From an uncultured delta proteobacterium (GTDB lineage Bacteria > Desulfobacterota > RBG-13-43-22), in the NCBI GenBank assembly GCA_963790475.1, contig CAWBOS010000015.1, positions 1 to 64,000 of the forward strand: 64,000 bases of DNA, given 5' to 3'. Below the pieces are notes generated by a model that worked only from the letters and a program-made list of their open reading frames with translations, was not told the origin of the DNA and made no database searches. The position numbers and the translations under genes were made by a program. Positions 40,737 to 49,286 of this stretch are shown one piece after another; within the stretch, counting starts at the first letter, position 1, and each line of letters opens with the position of its first letter.

Positions 40737-42476
40737 ATGCCAAAAATAACGCACGTGCAATTGCCCGGTAGCTATCGAAGTAAAGACCCCACCGCCTTTC
40801 GGGTTGGTGATGTCAACCCCAAAGAAAAGATCATTGTCACCATCGGGCTTAAAGGCCCGAAACTCCCTGGTCCAGGAGAACACATCGGCCATACCTTTAC
40901 GCCCGATCAGATAGCCGAGAAATTCAGCGTAGAGAAGACTGATGCTGTTAAGGTAACAGAAACACTAAAGAATTATGGCCTAAAAGTTTTAGAAATCTCA
41001 CTGGTGACGCGCAGCATGCGCCTCATCGGAACGGCAGAAAACATGGAAGCCGCTTTCAAACCTGACTGGGCGGTCATGAGCTCATGTCGCCAGCCACGAT
41101 ATCGTGGTCGACAGGGAGTACTCTACATACCTGAAAAGCTTAAGGGTATTGTGACTGGGGTTTTCGGACTCGATCAGCGGCAAATGGCACATCGGAGGAC
41201 GGGTCTAAAGGGCCCGACAAATATATCGTCTGTGCTAGAAAGCCCGTTTACACCGAAAGATATCATAAGGCAATATAATTTCCCATCAGGGGATGGTTTA
41301 GGCGAAACTATTGCGATCGCGGCGTTTGCTGGCGGCTATTTCGCCGAAGACATGGATGCCTATTTCGTTAGAGTCTTCAGAAGTCAAGGGCAAAATATAC
41401 CCACCCCTGGTGTTAAAACAATTTCGGTAAATGCTCCAGCCTACACACTTCAGGAGATTCTTTCGCTCCCTATTCCGGAGCAAATAATAAACCAAATTAG
41501 CTATAGTTTCGAAGTGATGACGGACACCGAACTAATCGCAGGATTATGTCCAAAGGCGAACATTGTAGTCTACTTTTCCACATTTGACGAAGGTGGATGG
41601 ATCGGTCTCCTCGACAGGATTTTCAACGACGCAAAGCAATCCCATCGCGTCCAAAAGCCAATCCCGGTCGCGCTTTCAATCAGTTGGGGTTTGCCTGAGG
41701 ATTATTGGACAAAGAATCAAAGGGACCAAATCAACGATCAATTAAATAGATTAAGCCTGCTGGGTATCACCACCTGTGTCGCCTCAGGGGACGACGGTTC
41801 GAGAGGTTACATCCAGGATGGCCAAGCCCATGTCGATTTTCCAAGCTCTAGTCCCTTCGTGTTGAGTGTTGGCGGAACCATGCTGAAGGCTAATATTAGA
41901 AATAATCCGATAATCGGTAATCCGATAATCCGTGTCCAGGAGGTTGTTTGGTGGGAAACATGGACCGATCCACTCCGCATCTCCTATGTATCTACGACGG
42001 GGGGCGGAGTTAGTACGAAAAATCTACGCCCGAATTGGCAGGATGGTCCGCTGGTTACCCCACTCAGGCAACAACCCCTCAATCCGCTAGCCTTTGACGG
42101 TCGTGTGGTGCCCGATGTTGCTGCTCTGGCCGGAAAACCATATTATGACTTGATTTTCCTTGGGTTACCGGTGAAGACCGGGGCGACAAGTGCCTCGGCA
42201 CCCGTCTGGGCCGCCCTCATCGCACGAATCAATGCCAAACTCCCACAAAATAGGCAAGGGCGATTTCTGACTCCTCTGCTCTACCAGAAACTGCCACCGC
42301 CAGACGGCCGGGTTGTTGGTCAGGTCTCGTGCCGGGATATTACCCAAGGTGATAATACACCTGACTACCCCCCTCCTAATGGCTACAAGGCGGGGATAGG
42401 GTTCGATAAGGTTACAGGGTGGGGAGTCCCGGATGGGATGAAACTTCTCGATTGTTTGAATCAGGTTATACCTTAG
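40737..42476 (+). CDS. S53 sedolisin/kumamolisin-family serine-carboxyl peptidase with prodomain, no signal peptide
   Basis: EVMTD (Glu/Asp), SISWG, ASGDDG, VPDVAA, ATSASAP (Ser), GFDKVTGWG; start after AGGAGA. Confidence 0.9.
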   Translation: MPKITHVQLPGSYRSKDPTAFRVGDVNPKEKIIVTIGLKGPKLPGPGEHIGHTFTPDQIAEKFSVEKTDAVKVTETLKNYGLKVLEISLVTRSMRLIGTAENMEAAFKPDWAVMSSCRQPRYRGRQGVLYIPEKLKGIVTGVFGLDQRQMAHRRTGLKGPTNISSVLESPFTPKDIIRQYNFPSGDGLGETIAIAAFAGGYFAEDMDAYFVRVFRSQGQNIPTPGVKTISVNAPAYTLQEILSLPIPEQIINQISYSFEVMTDTELIAGLCPKANIVVYFSTFDEGGWIGLLDRIFNDAKQSHRVQKPIPVALSISWGLPEDYWTKNQRDQINDQLNRLSLLGITTCVASGDDGSRGYIQDGQAHVDFPSSSPFVLSVGGTMLKANIRNNPIIGNPIIRVQEVVWWETWTDPLRISYVSTTGGGVSTKNLRPNWQDGPLVTPLRQQPLNPLAFDGRVVPDVAALAGKPYYDLIFLGLPVKTGATSASAPVWAALIARINAKLPQNRQGRFLTPLLYQKLPPPDGRVVGQVSCRDITQGDNTPDYPPPNGYKAGIGFDKVTGWGVPDGMKLLDCLNQVIP

Positions 42477-42623
42477 TCAGCACTCCATGACTTGTATCTA
42501 AGAGCGTTCCCGAAAAGTAAATCCTGCTTTTAACTTTATTTTAATAAAAGGATTTTGGCCAGGCAAGGGCGCTGACCACCAACACGGCTTGACCGGAAGA
42601 GATATGCTTAGTCATAAGGATTT

Positions 42624-43826
42624 GTGATGCCTTCGCGAGGATTAAAAACGACAGCCGGTTTATTGAATTGCCCGATCATGATTGTTGGGGCGGGACCTGC
42701 CGGGATTTCCACCTGGCTGCATCTTCAAAAGGAGGCCCCGCAATTGGCCCGCTTTTCCCTTGTCATCGAAAAGGCCATTTTCCCACGAGACAAATTGTGT
42801 GGGGGCGGTTTATGCTCTTGGGTTGCCGATGCGCTGGCCTACCTGGGGGTGGACCTTGATATACCATCCTTGTCTGTTTCTGATCTGGAGTTCAGATTTG
42901 GGAAAGAGATCGATCTTATTCACCAGGATAATTATTTCCAAGTCGTCCAGCGTGTTGATTTTGATCAGGCCCTGGCAAGAGCCGCGGTTAAGCGAGGCCT
43001 TGACCTGCATGAAGACGAAATACTTGTCGATATTCTTCGGACCCGGAACAAGCTGGTTGTAACAACCAATAAAGGGAAATATGCCGTGCAAGCCCTCGTT
43101 GGTGCGGACGGAGCTTTCAGCTTAGTTCGCAAGAAGATGATCTCATCCCGGAAACATCATCTTGCGCGTACACTTCAGGTATTCGCTCCCGCTGACTCCC
43201 GATATGATCACGAATTCACGGAAAAAAAGACGGTTGTCGATCTCACGCCCATCAAAAAGGGTTTGCAGGGCTACGTTTGGCACGTGCCTTGTCTGAAGGA
43301 TAAGACCCCTTCCATCGCCCATGGCATAGTTGATTTCCGGGTTTGGCCTGATAGACCAAAGGCAGACATGAAGAAGATATTCGGCCAAGAATTGGAAAGC
43401 AGAAATATTCATCAGGACCCTAAGGCCTGGTCCAGTCACCCCATTCCTTGGTATTCGGAGGAGGACATCCTGTCACAGCCCAATGTGATCCTGGTAGGAG
43501 ACGCCGCAGGAGTTGAGCCGGCCTTTGGAGGAGGTATCCACCTCTCACTGGCCTACGGGGAGGTTGCCGCTAAAGCTATTATCGATGCCTTCCAAGCCGA
43601 TGACTTATCTTTCCAGGATTACACCCAAAGGATACAGTCCCATCAAGTTGGGCAGCATATATCCAAATGCACCCGTATAGCCCGGGCAATGTATGGTGGC
43701 AAGATGAATCCTTTGGATGGGGCACGGGAGGTTTTTGCTCCCGAATATGATTCCTCCGCTATGATGCGTGAATTGCTGTCCAGGTACTTGGAACTCCATC
43801 CCCAATCGTCTTCAGACCCTAAATGA
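42624..43826 (+). CDS. FAD-dependent oxidoreductase, geranylgeranyl reductase family
   Basis: IVGAGPAG, EKAIFPRDKLCGGGL, RVDFD, GADG, LVGDAAG, GGGI. Confidence 0.85.
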   Translation: MMPSRGLKTTAGLLNCPIMIVGAGPAGISTWLHLQKEAPQLARFSLVIEKAIFPRDKLCGGGLCSWVADALAYLGVDLDIPSLSVSDLEFRFGKEIDLIHQDNYFQVVQRVDFDQALARAAVKRGLDLHEDEILVDILRTRNKLVVTTNKGKYAVQALVGADGAFSLVRKKMISSRKHHLARTLQVFAPADSRYDHEFTEKKTVVDLTPIKKGLQGYVWHVPCLKDKTPSIAHGIVDFRVWPDRPKADMKKIFGQELESRNIHQDPKAWSSHPIPWYSEEDILSQPNVILVGDAAGVEPAFGGGIHLSLAYGEVAAKAIIDAFQADDLSFQDYTQRIQSHQVGQHISKCTRIARAMYGGKMNPLDGAREVFAPEYDSSAMMRELLSRYLELHPQSSSDPK

Positions 43827-43972
43827 TTCTGTAACGGAATCGGTGAACCTATACAGATCACCCGAGGTCAGAAAATACGCCGCCAGTTATCAAACAATTA
43901 CTTCTTTCCAACCAATACCCGGAAACTAAAGAAAAAGTATTTGATCCCGGTTACATTTTTCACCGCCAATTA

Positions 43973-44750
43973 TCAGGGCCACCTTCTGGTTAAATCAAGA
44001 TAGTAGCTCGTGGTCTCAGTTGACTGGTCCTTATACTTAATCGTTATCTCGATCGTGAATTGTCCCCTTCCTGATGATTCCAGGGCGAATTGGTCGTCAG
44101 GATTTGACCGCACCTGCAAGGGATTGGGAAACGTCGGACGTAATAGATACTGGACTTCGGCTATTTGATTGAGGACTTGAAAAGGTTCATCCACAAAAAC
44201 ACGCCAGTTGTAATAGTTCCTGCCCTGAATTGCAGATATGCTTCTGGCATAATTGTTGATCCTGACCTTGATTTTCCTTTCAGCCGCGAAGGCGCTTCTT
44301 GTCAGGCTCAGGGTAAGCAGAGATTTCGCGGCCTGGTTTTGAGGGAGGACGGTGGCAATCAATGATTGTCGTTGATAATTGGGATAAAAGGGAAGCACCT
44401 TCCACAGATTTCCATTCTTATCCGTCAGGGTCATCCGGAAAGCTTTGGTCATGCCATTAAAAGGAATTTTAGCCGTCCACCAGCCGATGATCTGTCCGGC
44501 CGTCAGTTCAACTGGTCCGGACCGCGTCTCGGATTTCCCTGAGCTTGATTGCTCATTATATTCATAAGTACCCCTTTGGAGTTCGAAGGTCTCCACTTTC
44601 ACATTTGCAGGTGGTTCGAGATTGACAAAAATGTCCAGTGGTAACGATGGTGATTGGGTTTTGGCCCATATGATCACCACGCCAACAACAGCGGCGGCAA
44701 ATCCCCCCCACCGCCCAATTACGAAATTTCTTGTCCGTTTTTATGACGCC
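43973..44750 (-). pseudogene. Membrane-anchored pYEATS-domain protein, 5'-truncated and frameshifted at a G tract
   Basis: WRVFVDE...QIAEVQYLLRPTFPNP...FALESSGRGQF is a prokaryotic YEATS pattern; N-terminal TM (FAAAVVGVVIIW) reached by a shift near 44705. Confidence 0.6.
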
Positions 44751-44883
44751 GACACATAATTTCCGCCTCATCCGGTGAAAAGAGTTCTTTCAAAATTTTT
44801 AATTCAACCCCGCTTTTGGTCTTTGGGAACCCCTGGGGAAACATATCGAGTCTTTCTCCGAGCCTCTCATAAATGTCGGTCAT
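44719..44883 (-). pseudogene. N-terminal fragment of a 4Fe-4S binding protein (paralog of 13810-14904)
   Basis: MTDIYERLGERLDMFPQGFPKTKSGVELKILKELFSPDEAE matches MSSEAYSRLANVLDTLPNGFPPTESGVEIKLLKKVFESDEAE, then breaks off. Confidence 0.75.
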
Positions 44884-44919
44884 GACTTTCTCTCCTTCCG
44901 GCTTTACGCCCATCCAGTA

Positions 44920-45690
44920 TTAAATTTCCCAATCGTATTTGTTGAAGGTGTAGGGCAAATAGGTTTCGGCATCGACCTCGGCGACGACTTCCCCGGCTTT
45001 CATGCGAATTTCCATCCCTTTGGTATAGGCGGCCATGACGACCTGTTTGATAGGGATTTCGTAAAGGAAGTCATACTTCGATTTGCCCAGGGTCACCTTG
45101 CCTTCTCCTATCTCAATTTCTCCCCAGTCGATGTCGTTGTATTGCTTTAACAAACGGGGGTTGTAATCGAATCCGCTGAATGTCGGGGAGATGAAGCCTT
45201 TATAAAGATAATGAGGCTCCGGAGGCGGCATCGGGCCGGGGAATGGCCCGGTGAGTTTTGCCTCTATTTGTAATATGGGGAATCCTCTTCGGACACAGGT
45301 TCCCGTGACCTTATTGCCCTTTCTCTTGACCACAATCGTTTCGGCGATCTTCTTGGGATAACCGAAAACCTCCCTTCCAGCGATCATGGCCATGTCGTTC
45401 GTGACCGGCATGGACAAGCAGTATCTCCCCAACACACCCTCGTATTGGGCGGCCAGGAACAAGGCCGCTTCGTTATAGGTCACGCCAAAATTGGTTCGAT
45501 GGAATTCAGCAACGTAGGCCATACCCATGGGAGTGGACGCCGGTTGAAGCGGCGGGGGCAGGACCTTCTTGACGACCTTCGGATCGGTCTCAAAAACCGC
45601 CATGACCATGGTCGCGTCACCCAGGATGAAACCCGAGGTAAAGCTTTTACCCCAATTCCTAATTTTCTTTTGGGATTGAACCAGTTCCAT
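44920..45690 (-). CDS. Acetoacetate decarboxylase family protein
   Basis: LPPPL, YNEAA, AGREVFGYPKK (Schiff-base Lys). Confidence 0.88.
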   Translation of the reverse strand: MELVQSQKKIRNWGKSFTSGFILGDATMVMAVFETDPKVVKKVLPPPLQPASTPMGMAYVAEFHRTNFGVTYNEAALFLAAQYEGVLGRYCLSMPVTNDMAMIAGREVFGYPKKIAETIVVKRKGNKVTGTCVRRGFPILQIEAKLTGPFPGPMPPPEPHYLYKGFISPTFSGFDYNPRLLKQYNDIDWGEIEIGEGKVTLGKSKYDFLYEIPIKQVVMAAYTKGMEIRMKAGEVVAEVDAETYLPYTFNKYDWEI

Positions 45691-45792
45691 TTTGATTCCC
45701 CCCTTATTGTGTATTCAGGCCTGCACAAACCTTCAAAACCTCCACTAATTTGGAAAAGGAGGATTGAGGAAGATTTTAAATCATTCCTCCCC

Positions 45793-46272
45793 TTAAATTT
45801 CCAGAATCTCTCCCTTTATTTCCGAATCAGTGATATGGATGAATCCTATCGTCGGTTTTCCGAAGAATCCGATCCCGGAGGCCGATCCCGGATTAAAAAA
45901 TAGGACCCCCTCGGACCGGTGATTGGCCGGCTTGTGCGAGTGGCCGTACACCAGGCAATCAATGTGGTCAAATCCAGGAAGAATACGGCCCTCCAATCCA
46001 TGGGCTGATCCCCAACCGTGGATCAGTCCGATCTTAATGCCGCCGAAGGTAAAAGTTTTTTTGGCCGGAAGGATCGCCCTTAAATTGCCTTCATCCATGT
46101 TTCCGCGAACCGCTTCAACTCCCAGGGGTTGGAGAAATTCATACACCGGCAGACCAACCATGTCCCCGGCATGAAGGATCAGATCCACATCGGTAAAATG
46201 GGTCTTAACCAGAAGCTTGAAACCCGGGGTTACCCGGGTCAGGTGGGTATCGGATAAAATTCCAATTTTCAT
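45793..46272 (-). CDS. YfcE/MJ0936-family metallophosphoesterase
   Basis: SDTH, HAGD, VRGNMD, IHG, GHSH, FNPGS. Confidence 0.92.
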   Translation of the reverse strand: MKIGILSDTHLTRVTPGFKLLVKTHFTDVDLILHAGDMVGLPVYEFLQPLGVEAVRGNMDEGNLRAILPAKKTFTFGGIKIGLIHGWGSAHGLEGRILPGFDHIDCLVYGHSHKPANHRSEGVLFFNPGSASGIGFFGKPTIGFIHITDSEIKGEILEI

Positions 46273-46476
46273 TTAGGATGGCGTAGGGGATGACCCATAT
46301 TCATCCAATGTGCATTGGGTGAAGTCGATTTCCTCTTTACAGCTCTTGCAGTTATGGCTCCTGTCGAATTCGTCGGAAAAGATCTCGTTTTCATAACCGC
46401 AATTGGGGCATTTACAGGTAAAGGATTTGAGATTCTTAAATTGCTGATAACCCGGACAATGTTGTGGTGTGGTCAT
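46273..46476 (-). CDS. Small Cys-rich zinc-ribbon protein
   Basis: HCPG, CPNCG..EIFSDE...CKSC. Confidence 0.75.
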   Translation of the reverse strand: MTTPQHCPGYQQFKNLKSFTCKCPNCGYENEIFSDEFDRSHNCKSCKEEIDFTQCTLDEYGSSPTPS

Positions 46477-46506
46477 TGGTTTCTCCTTTTGAAAAATATT
46501 TAAGGA

Positions 46507-47100
46507 TTAGGGCCGGGACAAAGGATAGTCCAAAACCGCCTTATTACCCAGTTCATAGGCCTCCTGCAGGGCAGTGGGATGGTCGGTAATCTTCCCTTTA
46601 CCTTCTACCGCCCGGAAAAACAGCCCGCCTTCATAATTTTTATCCAAGGCATCAAAAAAATATTTGGCGGTAAGTTGAATACCCTCAAACAGATTTTTTC
46701 CTTTGGTGGCTCCTACCGCAATCAGATAGCCTCTTCCGTGATTATACCCCTTTCTCTGATCCGGGGCCTTTTCCAGCATCCTTTTGGACCACATGGCCTG
46801 GGAACGATCGACCAGCATCTTGGCCTGGGACGGCAGCCCGTAAAAAAATATCGAGGAAGATAAAAAAATAATTGGAGTGTTCCAAAGCAGGGGATAGACC
46901 TTATCCATCTCATCCGAAATCACACATTTTCCGGTCTTGTCGCACCCCCCGCATTCCTGGCAGCCGGATATTTTCAGTTCCCGAACATAAATTTTCTCGA
47001 TTTCCGCCCCGGCCGATTTTGCCCCTTCCAGGACTTTGTCAAGCAGAAGATCGCTGTTTCCCTCTTTCCGGGGACTGCCGTAAATCCCCAGCACCTTCAC
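46507..47100 (-). CDS. Flavodoxin-like iron-sulfur flavoprotein (NADPH-dependent FMN reductase family)
   Basis: GSPRKEGNS, CQECGGC...C, KMLVDR. Confidence 0.88.
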   Translation of the reverse strand: MKVLGIYGSPRKEGNSDLLLDKVLEGAKSAGAEIEKIYVRELKISGCQECGGCDKTGKCVISDEMDKVYPLLWNTPIIFLSSSIFFYGLPSQAKMLVDRSQAMWSKRMLEKAPDQRKGYNHGRGYLIAVGATKGKNLFEGIQLTAKYFFDALDKNYEGGLFFRAVEGKGKITDHPTALQEAYELGNKAVLDYPLSRP

Positions 47101-47285
47101 TTTGAAGGGACCTCTTCTTCCACGATCTGGCCCTTATGCTTGGTCCCGCACAGGGGGCAGAGGATATCGATTTCCTTCTCGTCGCCGATGAATTTTTCCC
47201 GAAGCTTTTCCGGCCCCAAGAAACTCACGTCACCGCAGGCACAGGCCGGGCATTCAGCCCGAACCGTATATTTTCGTTTCGACAT
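47097..47285 (-). CDS. Small CxxC/CxxC metal-binding protein
   Basis: CPACAC...CPLCG; RBS and coupling to neighbours. Confidence 0.7.
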   Translation of the reverse strand: MSKRKYTVRAECPACACGDVSFLGPEKLREKFIGDEKEIDILCPLCGTKHKGQIVEEEVPSK

Positions 47286-47456
47286 TATTTTTCTCCTTTA
47301 AGTCTTTGATCGGATCCGGTCGATTCGCATTCCGGGATATAACAGGTGATGTTTAAGAATTCACACTTCTGTGTGCAGGATGGACATTGATCCGGGGGAG
47401 CGTCCGTCTTTCAAGGTATATCCGCAGTTACTGCATTTCCATTCGTTCTCAGCCAT
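47285..47456 (-). CDS. Rubredoxin-like small protein, one +1 frameshift
   Basis: Not in ORF track. MAENEWKCSNCGYTLK|TDAPPDQCPSCTQKCEFLNITCYIPEC... after removing one A; span 172 nt = 3n+1; AGGAGG RBS. Confidence 0.75.
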
Positions 47457-47460
47457 GATC

Positions 47461-48133
47461 TCACCTCCTGTTTTGATTTTCTCAATAGCTTCCTCAGCCC
47501 ATTGTCCTAAAGGTTTTTCCTGAAATTGATTATTGACGTTCAGATTAATCTATCTGTTTTTCCTTTTGCAAGGTTTTAAGAAAAGGAACCGCTTCCCGGG
47601 CACCCAACTCCCCCAGGGTCCAGGCGGCAGTCCCTTTCATCGAGGGATCGGAATGTTTCAGGGCTCGCAGGAGAAAGGGGAAGACCTTGTCTTTCAGGGC
47701 CTCATCGATGGTCTTTAAGCGCCCAAGTCCCCAGATTACCCCTTTTTGTAATTGTTCATTTTCCAGAAAGCAGCCCTCCTCGACAATATAGGCAACTAAT
47801 AAGCCGGTATATTCCTTTTGTAAGCGCAGGAATAACAGCCAGAATCTCTCCCAGGGCCTCCGGCATTCCCCAACCGATTCCGCCGGATTCATCGTTTAGA
47901 TTCCAAATCAACTGCCGGATAACCCTTCTGACCTGTTCCGGATCTTTGGAGAACAATTGGGCGGTCACCTGTCCCAGGGCTTTGACGGCCCGCCACTTAA
48001 CGGTTTCGTTCGAATCAGTCAAGAGGCCGATCAACCCGCTGGCCCATTTTCCTTCCCGGCCCCCAGCCATCTCAACCAGGGAGCCATAGGCTTCCTTTTC
48101 CAGAAGGGACCTCAGGGTGATAAGAAAGTTCAA
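47461..48133 (-). CDS. DVU0298-family HEAT-repeat protein, frameshifted (3' end approximate)
   Basis: IRQLIWNLNDESGGIGWGMPEALGEI; continues in ORF 47545-47892 (GVIWGLGRL, AAWTLGEL). Confidence 0.75.
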
Positions 48134-48142
48134 TGGGGTTCT

Positions 48143-48304
48143 CTATTCCTCCGGCGTAAATTGATCCTTGCCTACACCGCACAAAGGGCACAACCAGTCA
48201 TCCGGAAGATCTTCAAAAGCCGTACCGGGGGCAATCCCATTATCCGGGTCCCCTTCCGCCGGGTCATAGACATACCCGCAAACTTCACAGACATATTTCT
48301 TCAT
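48143..48304 (-). CDS. rub: Rubredoxin
   Basis: Not in ORF track. [53 protein letters not shown]. Confidence 0.95.
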   Translation of the reverse strand: MKKYVCEVCGYVYDPAEGDPDNGIAPGTAFEDLPDDWLCPLCGVGKDQFTPEE

Positions 48305-48348
48305 CCCCTATTCCCTTTCCTCTAATGATAAATAGAATTTCCCGGCCA

Positions 48349-49200
48349 TTAGGCATAACCCTCCATGATGTTCATCAATCTCTCCTGATCCATTTCCCGA
48401 CCGACCAGGGGACCTTGTTTCAATACCGGAAAATGTTCTTCAAAGGTCGGCCGTTCATTTTGATAAATGACGCCCACTGGAATCCGTTCTCCCCACTCCC
48501 AGGCCGTCCTCATGGCCGTTTCCCAAACCTTGGGATTATAGTCTGGAGGCAGCTCATAACAGCGCTTGTTATACCAGGCAAAGGTGTTTACCTTATTAAA
48601 GGAAACGCAGGGCTGAAGGATGTCCACCAGAGAGAAACCCTTGTGAGTTATGGCCTGCTGAATCAACCGGGTTAGATGATCGGTCATTCCTGCAAAACCG
48701 CGGGCCACAAAACCGGCTTGCATGGCCACGGCTATGGCTATCGGATTAAACGGGCTCGATCGCACCCCCTGAGGCTGGGTCTTGGTGACCAGGCCCTCAT
48801 CGGAGGTCGGGCTGGCCTGACCCTTGGTCAGACCATAAACTTGATTATTGTGAACCAGCAGGGTTAGATTGATGTTCCGGCGGATGGCGGCCAAAAAATG
48901 ATTACCCCCTTCCCCGTAGTTGCACCCGTCCCCGCTTTCGACAATAACCGTCAATTCCGGGTTAGCCAGTTTGGCCCCCGTGGCCACGGGCAGGGAGCGG
49001 CCATGCAGTCCATTAAAGACATTGGCCCTCAAATAATGGGGGGCCTTGGCGGCCTGACCGATACCGGAGACAAAAAGGACTTCCTGGGGTTTTAAGCCCA
49101 GGGCGACCAGGGACTGTTTAACCGCCTGAAGTATGGGAAAATTCCCACATCCCGGGCACCAGGCGGTTTCAAAATTTCCGTACTCTTCTAAAGTGACCAT
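48349..49200 (-). CDS. korB: 2-oxoacid:ferredoxin oxidoreductase beta subunit
   Basis: WCPGCG, SGIG, LHGR, GDG..., NNQVYGLTKGQASPT, QPCVSFN. Confidence 0.92.
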   Translation of the reverse strand: MVTLEEYGNFETAWCPGCGNFPILQAVKQSLVALGLKPQEVLFVSGIGQAAKAPHYLRANVFNGLHGRSLPVATGAKLANPELTVIVESGDGCNYGEGGNHFLAAIRRNINLTLLVHNNQVYGLTKGQASPTSDEGLVTKTQPQGVRSSPFNPIAIAVAMQAGFVARGFAGMTDHLTRLIQQAITHKGFSLVDILQPCVSFNKVNTFAWYNKRCYELPPDYNPKVWETAMRTAWEWGERIPVGVIYQNERPTFEEHFPVLKQGPLVGREMDQERLMNIMEGYA

Positions 49201-49286
49201 AGCTAATTCCGTTGTAGGACTGCCTTATTTAAACAGAAACCATCACTCCATTAAATTTTTTCCCCCACCTTATACCGTCCAGTTTT

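Noticed and set aside
41901-41933. Short tandem duplication (NPII x2) inside the S53 peptidase
   Set aside because: In-frame loop insertion with no evident functional implication
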